64,000 nt of DNA from Octopus sinensis (Eukaryota): the NCBI RefSeq assembly GCF_006345805.1, contig NC_042997.1:158038001-158102000 (forward strand). The letters are read 5' to 3'. The notes under the pieces are model-generated. The model saw nothing but the letters and a program-made list of their open reading frames with translations, ran no database searches and had not been told where the DNA came from. A program made the translations under genes and the position numbers. Positions 52,307-64,000 of this stretch are shown piece by piece. How positions within the stretch are numbered: the first letter of the stretch is position 1; each line of letters begins with the position of its first letter.

Positions 52307-52873
52307 GAGTTGGACCTACATACATTGGAAGCTATGCCAACATTATGGAATAACAACAGAAAAAAGATGGTATAGGCACACACCAGAAAAGGTCACAGAA
52401 AACGAGAAAGCAACCATACTCTGGGATATGCCGATACACACAGATAGAGAAATTAAGGCCAACAGACCAGATATAGTTGTCAGAGATCATGAAGAAAAAA
52501 ATGCTTTCTAATTGATGTATCAATACCGGCTGATGACAACTTTCTCTAAAAGAAATGGAGAAACTCTCAAAATACAAAGACCTGGAAATAGAGGTAACTA
52601 GAATGTGGAATCTGAAAACAGAAACAATTCCTATCATAGTAGGTGCATTAGGCATGATAAAAAAATATTCAGACAAATACATAACAAAAACACCAGGACT
52701 TACAAACACATATAACATACAGAAAATTGCACTACTAGGCACTGCACTCATCCTACGCAGAACACTTTCCATACAATAATCATCAGAGCATCACAACAAA
52801 TCACAGCACATACCCAAGGCACACAGAGCTGCGCTCGGTAGTGAAGTGAAAGCACGCTATAAAAATAAAACTA

Positions 52874-52876
<3 letters not shown>
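52307..52876 (+). mobile_element. 5'-truncated R4/Dong-type (restriction-like endonuclease) non-LTR retrotransposon
   Basis: HWKLCQHYG...ILWDMPIHTDREIKANRPDIVVRD...IDVSIP...EKLSKYKDLEIEVTRMWNLKTETIPIIVGALG = REL (PD-D/ExK) domain, 3' UTR, flanked on both sides by (AAT)n; frameshifts present. Confidence 0.85.
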
Positions 52877-52947
<71 letters not shown>

Positions 52948-52990
52948 TGATGATGATGATGATGATGATATGGTGATGATGATAATGATT

Positions 52991-53028
<38 letters not shown>

Positions 53029-53065
53029 AATAATAATAATGATGATAATGATGATGATGATATTA
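52877..53065. repeat. (AAT)n/(GAT)n microsatellite (left half of the AAT tract at 52236-52306)
   Basis: Direct reading. Confidence 0.95.
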
Positions 53066-53989
53066 TTAAGGCGTGTTGAGTTTTCCTCCAAATTCTTGGA
53101 CATCTAAGCGGGTTTTAAGTTGGCAAAGTATGAATACTAGAACAGAATGAAAATGTTTTTTCAATTTTTGTCCCTTTAGGCTAGCCTCTCCTCTCTAGAC
53201 CATTTTCTTTTGACCCTTTGTAATTCCTGTCGTATTTCAACAACATGGCGCCAAAACAACAAAAGTCAGTTTGATATGTCTACGCAAACGATAATCAATG
53301 TTTCTACAAACGCTAAACATCGCTTTGATTTAAATCATTAGTACTGACGTATAGAGATTATGAAAAGAAAACAAATGAAATTCGGACTTTTCAAGCATCG
53401 GAGTTGATTTTAATATCACTCGATGTCAGGCCTAATATCAAAACACGAACAATGGCACTCACACATATAGACAAGATTTATCTCTCAAAAACATAGGAAA
53501 GTAATTTTATCAATATTCCTTCGAACAGCGAATGAGTAAATATGGACCCAGATCAAAATCAGAAGGGCTTATATTCATGCTACATTAATAAACTCTCTCT
53601 TCTTTCCCTATTTATACATTTATATGTTCTGGAGCAGGCAAGAAACAAACTAACGTACTGACGCTCGGTAAAAGCGGATTTAGGATCGCTATATTCTAAA
53701 ATAGTCAATTAACAGCCCTGAATGGTATGTGGAGTAATAGAGTATTTCCTCCTCGATACAAATCATACGAAACAGTCTCCACGCACTTCAAGATCGTGTG
53801 ACAGGTGGAACGGAAGGTAGAAATTTACTTGAAATATCCATTTCTACATTCATAAACAAATATACAGAGCAACGCGATACAAACATGAGAGTGAAACTTC
53901 AGTGACAGACGGATAGCGTAGAGCAGAAAGCCCAGTTGTTATACTTGTTGTATCAAGAATCATTACTTGAAACTTTTTGATTCGAAAAG

Positions 53990-55213
53990 GTATGTGATGT
54001 GGTGTGGTATGATGTGGTGTGTTGGTGTTGGGATGTAAGGGTGGGATGTGGATTTTGGGTGAGGATGTGTGGGTAGGGGTGGGGTATGTGTGAGCGGATG
54101 TGTAGTGGTGGGGTATGGATGGAGGGAGTATCGATGAAGAGAGAAGGTGGGTAAGAGTGAAGAGAGGAAGTAGGTGTCAAGACAAGAGAGGAGAGGTGCA
54201 TAGGAGTGAAGAATTATATGTCAGATGAAGAGAAGAGAGGAGGGAAGTCAGATGAAGAAGGGAGAGGAGTTGAGCCCATGTGGCGCAAAGGAGCGAAGAG
54301 AGGAGATTAATTTCTGTTTACGGCGAAGGCAGGGAGTCTCCAAAGACAAGAGCGATACCGGGGTGTCGTTGCCGAATCTAATGTCTCTGAGGTGCACCGC
54401 GAACCAGTCAACCGAGCAGAGAAGGACAGAAAGAGCAGAATATGCAGTAAATGACGTTGCTAGAAGTGCAGGTAAAGGAGTCAGTGATATGACAGGGACG
54501 ATAATGGAGGAAGATGGTGTTGGAGGGACGATAATGTGAGGAAGATGGTGTTGGAGAGGTAGGGGCAAGTGCGGAAGCTTGGGAGCGAGCAGGAGAAGGA
54601 AGCAGGTTGAGAGGTGGTGCTGTGGAAGAAACTATGGACCAGGAGATCACGTAGGTTGTGGACTCGTTTGAAGGAGGGGTAGTCTGGGGAAGATGTGCGA
54701 TGTGGAAGGTCGGACTGGAGTCGCCGGAAGGCTCGTAGAATGGTGCGTTGGAGGGGTGGTAGGTGAGGGGAAGCGGGAGACAGGTAACGACGGGCGGTGC
54801 GGGGAGAAAGAGCAGAAGCACGGTCCACGGAACGTGTTTTGGCAAGGACTGTGTGGATAGCGGTGAGGCGGATATCCATGAATGATGAAGTGGCGAACCC
54901 TGAGTCTCAAATTCATGGTTGTCACTGCTGAGCCTGTGCAGGCGGGGGAATTGGGAGTAGGGGATGGAGAGCTTAGTGTGGGTATGGTGGGAGGAGGAGT
55001 TGAGGTATGAGTGTGAGTAGGTGTGTTCGTAGTGGATGGAGGTAGTTGTATATGTTGACTGAAATGTCGAGAAAGACGACGGAAGTATTGGAAATGGTGC
55101 AAGGGAATTCGAGGATAGGATGGAAGGATTGGACAAAAGAGAGAAAGGAGTCTAGTTGTTCGCGGGAGAACGAAGTCGCACTGATAGTCATTAATACAAT
55201 AACCGTATTATAT

Positions 55214-55282
<69 letters not shown>

Positions 55283-55960
55283 TATGCATACATACATACA
55301 TACATACATACATACATACATACATACATACATACATACATACATACATACATACATACATGCATATATACATATATATATATTCAGCGAAAGTTCGGGA
55401 GTGGGACCAGTGAATCTTGAAAATATTTGAGCCTGAACGTAGCCAACGAACAGTTTCGCATAGTTGGGGGTCTATTCTCTTTCTCATGTCCACTCCCAAG
55501 AAATTTTGGTAAAACTCCCTCGTAAACGAGAAGTAGTTGAAGGAGAGAACAATTTCTGCCAGACGAAGAAGTGTGGATGTGTTGAGTCGAAGATCTAGGA
55601 AGTGTTTGAGGGCAACACGTCCTCCGTGGCTTAGGATCACCGTATACAGACTCTTGATATCAAGAGTGAAGAGATGTTTAGAGAGGCCAGGAGGGACGGA
55701 GAAAGAATTGAAAAGACGAAGAGTATGGTTAGTGCCGTGGATGTGTGAGGGGAGGGAATCCACTAGGGGAGTAAGGACACAGTCGAGATATTTGTAGATC
55801 AGTTACAGGCGGAGACGATGGGGCGGCCAGGGTTGTTGAGTTTGTGGATATTGGGAAGGGAGTAAATGGAGGGGGTGCGAGTTGTGCGGACAATGAAGTT
55901 GGAGGCAGTGGGAGAGAGACGGGAGGAGGAGAGAGGTCATGGATAGTGGAGGACACCGTT
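53990..55960 (-). mobile_element. Decayed Penelope-like retroelement (RT + GIY-YIG, Neptune-like)
   Basis: DSLPSHIHGTNHTLRLFNSF...LFTLDIKSLYTVI...TSTLLRLAEIVLSFNYFSF; [25 protein letters not shown]; PYSQFPRLHRLSS; FTCTSSNVIYCIFC and AVHLRDIRFGNDTPVS; interrupted by a microsatellite at 55205-55383. Confidence 0.85.
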
Positions 55961-56258
55961 AGTTGGTACCTAGGGGTGGGGTTGGGGGGCAGAGGGCAAT
56001 AGAAAGAGGTGTTTTGAAAAAATCTATGATTACCTGCCCATGTCTGGAACTCTCATACTTCAAATTATAGCGAAGAGTTGACACACTATCGGTAATGAAA
56101 TTTGAGAAATTTGAAAAGAAAATACGGAACCGGTTATTTCTCCAAAAACAATGTTACTATACACAAAATATTATAACAATTTTCTAACATAACGATTTGA
56201 ATATATTCTTTAACCATAAAACACATGTCTTCTATAGTTTTTTTCATTCTATTTTGTG

Positions 56259-56294
<36 letters not shown>

Positions 56295-56569
56295 GAAGTA
56301 ATGAGGGTGATAAATTGAATATCAATTTAATTAACATCAATTTAAACCAGTTGCCTAGCATATAGAAACATCTGAAAATTCAGAAAAATTATATTAGATG
56401 CGTATAAGAAGGGATGACGACTAAGTGGACATCCAATACCTTAGAAATAGATCGCCTACGATCCAACTACAGAGAAAAGAGGATGCTCTAGAAAAATTCA
56501 GCTGAATATATATAGTGTTTTAAGTGTTTTGAGTGTTTTGAGTGTTTTGAGTTCTTGTCCCATTTTGTA

Positions 56570-56593
56570 TTTATGTATATATACATATATATA

Positions 56594-56676
<83 letters not shown>

Positions 56677-56740
56677 TATATATAATATATATATATATAA
56701 TATGTGTATATATATATACACATACGTACATACATATTAT
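56570..56740. repeat. (TA)n block
   Basis: Direct reading. Confidence 0.95.
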
Positions 56741-56746
56741 ATATAC

Positions 56747-58170
56747 CTAAAGTAATTAAAGATATGAAGACAGGGAAACCACCTGGTCCATCAGGAATAA
56801 CCGTTGAGATGCTTAAAATATCGGCTGGCGTGGGTTATGGTCTTGTTACTCGCATCGTAAATCAGGTAGTTCATGAAGGATCATATCCAGTGACTGGTGT
56901 AGCAGCACCATAGTCAACTTTTACAAGGGTTAAGGTGATGCTTTAGATAGAAATAACTATAGGGGTATGAAATAGCCCAACTAATTAAGGAGAGAGTTAG
57001 CCTAGGTAAGATGCAGTTTGGTTCTGTGCCAGGCAGAGAAATACCTAGCCAAAGATAAACCTCTAAACGAGACTTTTGTTGTCTTGGAGAAAGCCTTTCA
57101 CAGGGTACCCCGATCCCTTATTTAGTGGTCAATGCGGAAACTGGGGAGAGACAAGTCGTTGGTAAGAGCTGTACAGGGATGCTGGCAATAAGGTGAGGGT
57201 TGGCAACGAGTGTAGTGAAGAATTCCGAGTAGAAGTAGGGGATTCACCAAGGATCAGTCCTCACCCCACCTTATTCATTATAGTCCTCCAGACAATAACA
57301 GAGGAATTCAAGACAGGCTGCTCCTGGGAGCTCCTGTATGCGTATGATTTGCTCTAATAACTGAGTCACTGCCAGAACTAAAGACGAAGTTTAGGGTTGG
57401 AAGCAAGGTCTAGAATCAAAGGGCCTTAGGATTAACCTAGCAAAAACCAAAGTCTAAGTAAGTAGGAAGGCTGTCAAATGATAAACCCTTCAGGTAGATG
57501 GCCCTACTCAATCTGTAGAAAAGGCGTGGGTAGAAACTCCATACGATGTACTCGGTGTAAGCTATGGGCGCATAAAAGGTGCGGCAATATCAAAGGAAGG
57601 TTAAAAGGGAAAATAGTTTTTGTGTGTGGCAGATGCATAGGGGCAATACACACTGAAGATGTACAGAAAACATATTCCATTACATGATGGGGAGGAACTT
57701 GAAGTAGTTAATTTCTTCCTCTACCTAGGCGACCAAGTCTGTAATGGGGGTGGTTACAATGAGAGCGTCGCGGCAAGATTAAGGACAGCCTGGGCAAAGT
57801 TGAAGGAGCTCCGAACTCTGCTGCCAGGTCCTTCGAAGCCAGGTCCGCCAGACAGGCCCTCGTGCCGGTGGCACATAAAAAGCACCATCCGAACGTGGCT
57901 GATGCCAGTATCCCCTGACTGGATCTCGTGCCGGTGGCACGTAAAAAAGCACTATCCGAACGTGATCGTGCCAGGACCGCCCAACTGACCCCTGTGCCGG
58001 TAGCACGTAAAAAGCTCCCACTACGGTTCCGAGTGATAGGCGTTAGGAAGAGCATCTAGCTGTAGAAACATTGCCAGATCAGATTGGAGCGTGGCGCAGC
58101 CGGAGGCTCTCCAGTCCTCAGTCAAACTGTCCACTCCATGCCAGTATTGAAAACGGATGTTAAACGATGA
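56747..58170 (+). mobile_element. Decayed, internally deleted RTE-clade LINE with 3' UTR and (GAT)n tail
   Basis: KDMKTGKPPGPSGITVEMLK, GDALDRNNYRG, LEKAFHRVPR, QGSVL, Cys-rich CRKGVGRNSIRCTRCKLWAHKRC...FVCGRC, FLYLGDQV...ESVAARLRTAWAK; ends cggatgttaaacgatgatgatgat. Confidence 0.85.
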
Positions 58171-58199
58171 TGATGATGATATAGGTGAGGGTTGGCAAC

Positions 58200-58249
58200 A
58201 TACACACACACACATACATACATACATACATACATACATACTACATACA

Positions 58250-58306
<57 letters not shown>

Positions 58307-58371
58307 GCACACATATATATAAGCATAAACATAAACATATGCATACATATATACATACACACATACATACA

Positions 58372-58412
<41 letters not shown>
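58200..58412. repeat. (CA)n/(TACA)n/(TA)n block
   Basis: Direct reading. Confidence 0.9.
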
Positions 58413-58414
<2 letters not shown>

Positions 58415-58622
58415 CTGAAATCATCATAGTTTATGCTTTTTTTTTCCACGATACGTTCTATTTATTCGTATTAATTTCTTTGTTTGCATCACTTATATGT
58501 CAAAGAATTGAATTACACTGTATGCATTTTATCTCTCACTTCATAACTATGTATATTTAATTATCTACGTTAATAACCTTGTTGGGAATCACACATGTTT
58601 TATGTTATATAAATTAGTATAC

Positions 58623-58790
58623 CATAGTAAGAAACATCCGGCCAGTTAATCGCACGGGAAACTTCTTTGTTATCTATGTCACTTTTGACATGTTTATGAC
58701 ATAGTTGCTGGTGTTGATATGTCATGTACCTTTCAACGTCTATATTTATTCTGGCTATGTAAGAAGCAACGGGAATATAGATGACTTCTT
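58623..58790 (-). CDS. Candidate 168-nt phase 1-1 exon; weak LDLR YWTD-propeller-like pattern
   Basis: Acceptor catttcttacatttccggacatatgcttatag|, donor TATG|gtatac, open frame EVIYIPVASYIARINID...SDIDNKEVSRAINWPDVSYY. Confidence 0.3.
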
Positions 58791-60404
58791 CTATAAGCAT
58801 ATGTCCGGAAATGTAAGAAATGGTAGCAATCTATTGTATCTGCTATTGTGCTTGATTGGATCTCGTCGACCTATGAATGATTAGAGGCAGAATCAATCAT
58901 TGTATTAGAACGTTAATAACCCCAAATACATATATACAACAAAGAATGTTTTCCGACGCTGTAGGAATTCTGTCAATCCGCTAATAATGAGAATGAGGGA
59001 AAAAATAAAGTTTAGACAAAACAGCATAAATTTCGGAGATGGCTTATTTGATTAAATCTATCAAGTACTTGACTAGTGTTTCGTTTTATCATCCCTGAAC
59101 GGATGAAAAGTATTTTGTATCAGGACGTAAAAAAGTAGGACAAATAAATAAATGCTGCAACGCAATTTCTCCAAGGTTCATCAATGTTGCCAACACAAAT
59201 TTCAGGTACATAGATAACTTTGTTTTCTACGTACCGGTAAAAAGAAATACGTTTCTACATTTCGAAATCTTAGCTAATAGATTTCTCTTCCGCTAGTTGG
59301 TTCATATTCAGAAATTACCTATTTCTGGTGAAACTTTAAAAAAACATTTGTTTTCTTTTTGTTTAACAATTTTGCAAATATGTATGCGTCGTTCTTGTTG
59401 TTTTTGTTACTTTGTATGAGTTGCTCATTTTTCCAATTTCGAATATTAAATTGTAAACGTCTATACTTGCGAAAATATTTGTTTTATCATCATTGTTTTG
59501 ATTATCCTTTTTTGAATTCGTTTTCATGTGTTTCAAGATTATTTGCCTGTGTTCTTTTAATGAAGCACTTTCAATTCTAATAGCTCTCCTACTTCTAGCT
59601 CTTACTCTTCACCTAGTATTGGAAGCCATATCAAAAGAAGCAGAAAATTAAAAATATTTGAAACTGAGATAGACGCATCGACGTTTTAATCTTCTCTATT
59701 TTTAAAATAACATAAAAACAATAAACATTCATAGAGCAAAACTCGCTAATATTCTCAGAGATTTTCAGAATGCCTTCTAACATATCCTTCTACCTTCTGT
59801 TACTAAATACAGTTGCAACCCTCCTGGGTCCTCTATTAGGTCAGAGCTTTTGTCTAGTTTCAGGTTTCACCAATCTTGTCTGAGCATATATTTTTGGAAT
59901 CACTCTAACATGTCTAACAGTGTGCTAGGGTCTTCCAAGGCCATGCAGTTCACTATCCAGTAGAAGTCTAGTTCTGATGGTTGGTTCGGAATTTTTATTC
60001 CGGTTCATCTCTGTCCTAAGAACATTGGAATCAGTATGACATATTCTTTTTTTTCCTTTGTGAACGGTGGCATGCTTCAGCGTTTAGGTTTCCGAGTGCA
60101 AAATAACTCTTACATAACTGAACTTATCAGCATGTTCCACAAAACTGATGTCTTGCCGTAGCTTCCTCAAACAAATTTTTTGCTTGGTCTGAAGGTATAC
60201 TCTCAAATATGTGCTTTTCTTTTGCTAGCCTCTTTTAAATATTCATGCTTATATGTTAGTGGAATGTAATCAAACATGCTTATGATGACCTTGGCAAAAG
60301 AAATATTATTTTCTTCAGTGGTTTTCTGTTGCTAGTCCTGCTTCTGGTGTTTGCAATATCATTGTCACTACTATTACAACTATTATTATTACATTTATTA
60401 TTAT

Positions 60405-60612
60405 GAGCTGGCAGCATCGTTAGCACACCGGAATAAATGCTTAGCGGCATTTCGTCCGTTTTTACGTTCTGATTTCAAGTTTCGCCGAGGTTGACTTTGC
60501 CTCTCGTACTTTCGGATCGATTGATAAAATAAGTACCAATTGAGCACTGGCGTCGATGTAATTGATTATCCCTCTCCCCCAAAATTCCAGGCCTTGTGCC
60601 TATAGTAGGAAG
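60405..60612 (+). mobile_element. SINE family A
   Basis: gagctggcagcatcgttagcacaccgg...cgccgaggttgactttgcc...aagtaccaattgagcactggcgtcgatgtaatt...ccttgtgcctatagtag. Confidence 0.8.
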
Positions 60613-61078
60613 GTTTATTGCTATTATCGTTGCTTGACATATTGTTGTTGCTGCTGATAATGTCGCTGTTGCAGTTCCTATTATTGTTACTGTTGCGTTT
60701 CTTAGTCTTGTTGTTGCTATTGATACCGATGCTACTAATTTTATTTATACTACCTCTGTAGCACTATGTGGGTGGAAGTAACTGCAAAAGACAGACGGTT
60801 TCACCTTGAAAATCCTTTCCTATTTTCTTCTCTTGCTGTCTTGTCGACAAAGTCTATGCCATTTTGAGATGTTACTACCTTTCGAAAAATAATTTTCTTT
60901 TCTTTTACAACTTTACTTCATAGCGCGAGTATCTAAACCCGTCGATCTGTTTCTTATGGTTTCGGTCAGAGAAAAAAAAACATGTCAGAACAATGAAAAT
61001 GAACAAACAACATGTGTCTGAAAAGAAAACAAAGTAAATACCTTCAACTCCAGCGATAAACAATAATTATAATGATAA

Positions 61079-62473
61079 CTAGCAGAGATACCCAGCATTG
61101 CTCGGGACTAAAATGGCATAGTTTGTATATATATTACAGTTATGTTGAAACCAGTGATACGGGAAAGTGCAGCATTGACGACAAAACATTTGTGGAGTAA
61201 ATGATAGGTTAATTTGAATAAGCGACATGCCGTGCGTCCGTTTGGAGTATTCCAGGTCCTAACATGTCATGGAAAATTGGGGTTGGGAGATATGTGATTT
61301 CTGACTGCACCGAAAAGCTGTCAGTGGATATAATCTCCTTTGCGGCAGTCAGCGCTGCGTCTAACACGACCCATTGTCTGAAGTGTTGACACCTTCAGGT
61401 TTATTGTCCTACATCACTCATAAAATAAATTTGAAGGAACTGTGATTGGTCATTTGTGGGTAACAGGGAATCAATGAGGTGACAGACTTGCCTTTGAACC
61501 TTGAACGTCGCCGTAAATCCATGTTCAATTATCTTCTTAGATGCTCCAAACGATGTCATTTGAAATGCAGAGTTGTATAGTCTGTTATTGTTCAGAAAAT
61601 CCTTTGACTGGATGGATGTGCCTTTCAATAGATCCAAAAGAGTTTGAAGAAGAGCTGGTAGTGCTGGCAATCTTACTTTACCGACTGAGCAGCACATGTC
61701 ATTAGTTTCATTTGGAAATTTTTAAGCTTTGCAGAAACGACAATTTAAGTTTAGTACACCAATTTGGAGAAAATTATAAGTTTAATATGAATGGGTTGAA
61801 TCATATATCAGAGCAGCTCCAGGAGTTGTGAAAAACGAATTTGTATATAGTCTATTTTATTGATCCAGCATTAAGTGCTGCAGCATGCATTCACTGATCT
61901 TGGGAAAGTGTCATCTCCCTTCTCTCTTGAGACTTCATTTGATGTGCTGCAGCAAGCATTGGCTGATCTTGAGAAAGACTCATCTCCCTTCCCTCTTGAG
62001 ACTCCCACATTCGGTTTTCTACATTCCTCTTTGCTTTATACTTGTTTCTGGAGAGATTACGTCTTTTCTTTGGTGGCATATTTTTTTCAATATTGTAAAC
62101 GAAAAATTATGAACATAGAAAAAATTATACAGTAATTGAAATATAATAGAAATAAGATAATCTTAATGCTAACACATTAGAATTAAGGATGTAAGAATGA
62201 AAATGAAATAATATTATAGCCATATCACATTAGAATTTTAAGTGAAAGAATAAAAGTGAAACTTTCATATCACATTACGATACAGATATTATTCTTTCAA
62301 TTTTGACACGTAAAACCGAATCAGTGCCAATGTTAAATTGTTCTCATGAAAAACATATGTTGATACTCACGGGGTCTGATACTATTACCTTGTTAAATTT
62401 TATTTGATTTGGTCGAGCCATTTGAGAATGAATAGGGAACAGACAGACAAACAAAGAATTTTATATATATAGA
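61079..62473 (-). mobile_element. Internally deleted Helitron with both termini and N-terminal RepHel remnants (1395 bp)
   Basis: 5' a|TCtatatatataaaattc (62473), 3' hairpin cccgagcaatgctggg and CTAG|t (61079); ORF pieces MPPKKRRNLSRN... and CCSVGKVRLP...FLNNNRLYNSAFQMTSFGA...FKVQRQVCHLIDSLLP...FLQIYF, typical of the Helitron N-terminal region. Confidence 0.88.
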
Positions 62474-64000
62474 TATTTATGATAATGAATACGATGATAA
62501 TGATCATGATTATAATAACATTGGTTTGGAATTTTAATACAAGGTCGGCAATTTTAGAAGAAGGGTAATCGATTACCGTGACACTGTCGCTCAGCTTCTT
62601 TCGACCCTGAAAGGTTTAAAGTAAAAGATAACCTTAACGGAATTTAAACCAGGAATATACAGAACGCAAAATCAATCTGCTAAGTTCTTTGTCCGATATA
62701 CTAAAGTTTTTTCAGCTTACAAAATGTAAGGTATTCACTAACTACGATTAAATAGAAATTAAGTACAAATAAATCCTTACACACACAAAAAGTGAAAAAT
62801 GACGTAAAGAACTGAAGTTTAAGTATTAGCAATACACCGAGGTACTCTGAAACGTCTAGATGTTTCCCTCATATAATTATCATTGCTGTTCTATGTTCAT
62901 ATTGAATGTTATATATAAACATTACTAAAATAGTGTAATTTACTCTGCATGTAGCAAATTCACGAAGCGCGCAACAAATTCAGTTTGGTGCATAAAAAAG
63001 TGCGATAAATAATACTTCTAAAAGCTGACATCATAGGCAACATGGAAATATTTAAGAATAGGAATTTCTAAAGATTGAAGCCGGAAACATGATAATAATC
63101 AAAAGATGGAAATAACTAAGGAATCAAAATCGATAGATCTCCTTGAAAAGCAAAGAAAGTACCACCCAAGGATAACACTCAACAATGAAAAAGCAACAAT
63201 AATAACAGATGCAAAGCCTGCAATCTCTGACCTCGTGAAAACAGACACAATCACCAATGTTACTACATTAAACGGTATACATGCAGACATAATATTTATA
63301 AACATGTCTTGTTACAGATCGTTAAACATCCAAGCAAACAGTATGAAAGTCAAGCATAAAAGGAATGATAGCAAAATAAAATAAAATTCTCACTCCTTAA
63401 TAAAATCAATAACAAAAACATAAAACTGAAACAATGGAGATACAAATACTGCAGAAATAAAGAAGCCCGAAAAAATACGATTAGCCTAAAGTATATCTAA
63501 TTTGTTTTCACAGATATTCACTACACTAATTGATATGCAGTACATTATAGCTGCAATCTGGAACCAAATGAAACAGTTTTAACGTGAGAAATATTTTCTT
63601 ATACAATTATATTTGAGAAAAATTGTCATCAAAACCTATAACGACAAAAAGAAATGAATATTTTCAACATGCTATCTACTTCCCTTTGGATCTAATTGTA
63701 TTTCTGGTTTCAAATAAAAATGACTGCGCATATTCAATATGCACATATCACTCACTCACTCACTCACTCAAAAGAAACTCTACATTAAATTATTTTCGGT
63801 ACCACATTGGAGACAAGTATAAGGTTTTTAACTTTAATTCACAGTTTTCACTGCTACGCAATAAACGGATTATATGCGTTTCTACTTACGAATACAGTTA
63901 CTATAAAGTGTCTCTGTGAGGAACAAATTCTTACTATCACAGAAATACCAATAGATGAATTACATCGACGATTGTAGATGAAAAAAAAGACCTCTAAAGT

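Noticed and set aside
63099-63384. Hydrophobic minus-strand ORF suggesting a multi-pass membrane protein
   Set aside because: In-frame stop upstream, no convincing splice sites, and T-rich strands give hydrophobic translations by chance.

Overview
AT-rich, microsatellite-dense metazoan genomic DNA. It looks like an octopus/cephalopod locus; this is an inference from recalled SINE/LINE families and repeat style, not a database result. No long intact protein-coding ORF is present, and most ORF-track entries are microsatellite translations. The window is dominated by transposon debris: several tRNA-derived SINE families, CR1, RTE and R4/Dong-type LINE fragments, a decayed Penelope-like element (RT + GIY-YIG), mariner/Tc1 elements, a decayed hAT transposase, and Helitrons with intact termini. 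The most striking feature is a near-identical ~564-bp tandem array (34836-37499) plus an inverted copy (37497-38014). Every unit carries a well-formed type I hammerhead ribozyme, six in total, consistent with a retrozyme or Penelope pLTR array that could release ~564-nt self-cleaved, possibly circular, RNAs. A second, unrelated and apparently intact hammerhead lies at 33116-33178 (minus strand), and degenerate hammerhead-like motifs lie near 49.5-49.9 kb. There is also a candidate chain of micro-exons on the + strand (5.2-8.2 kb) and one candidate minus-strand exon (58623-58790). All structures and translations were read by eye and none was computed.
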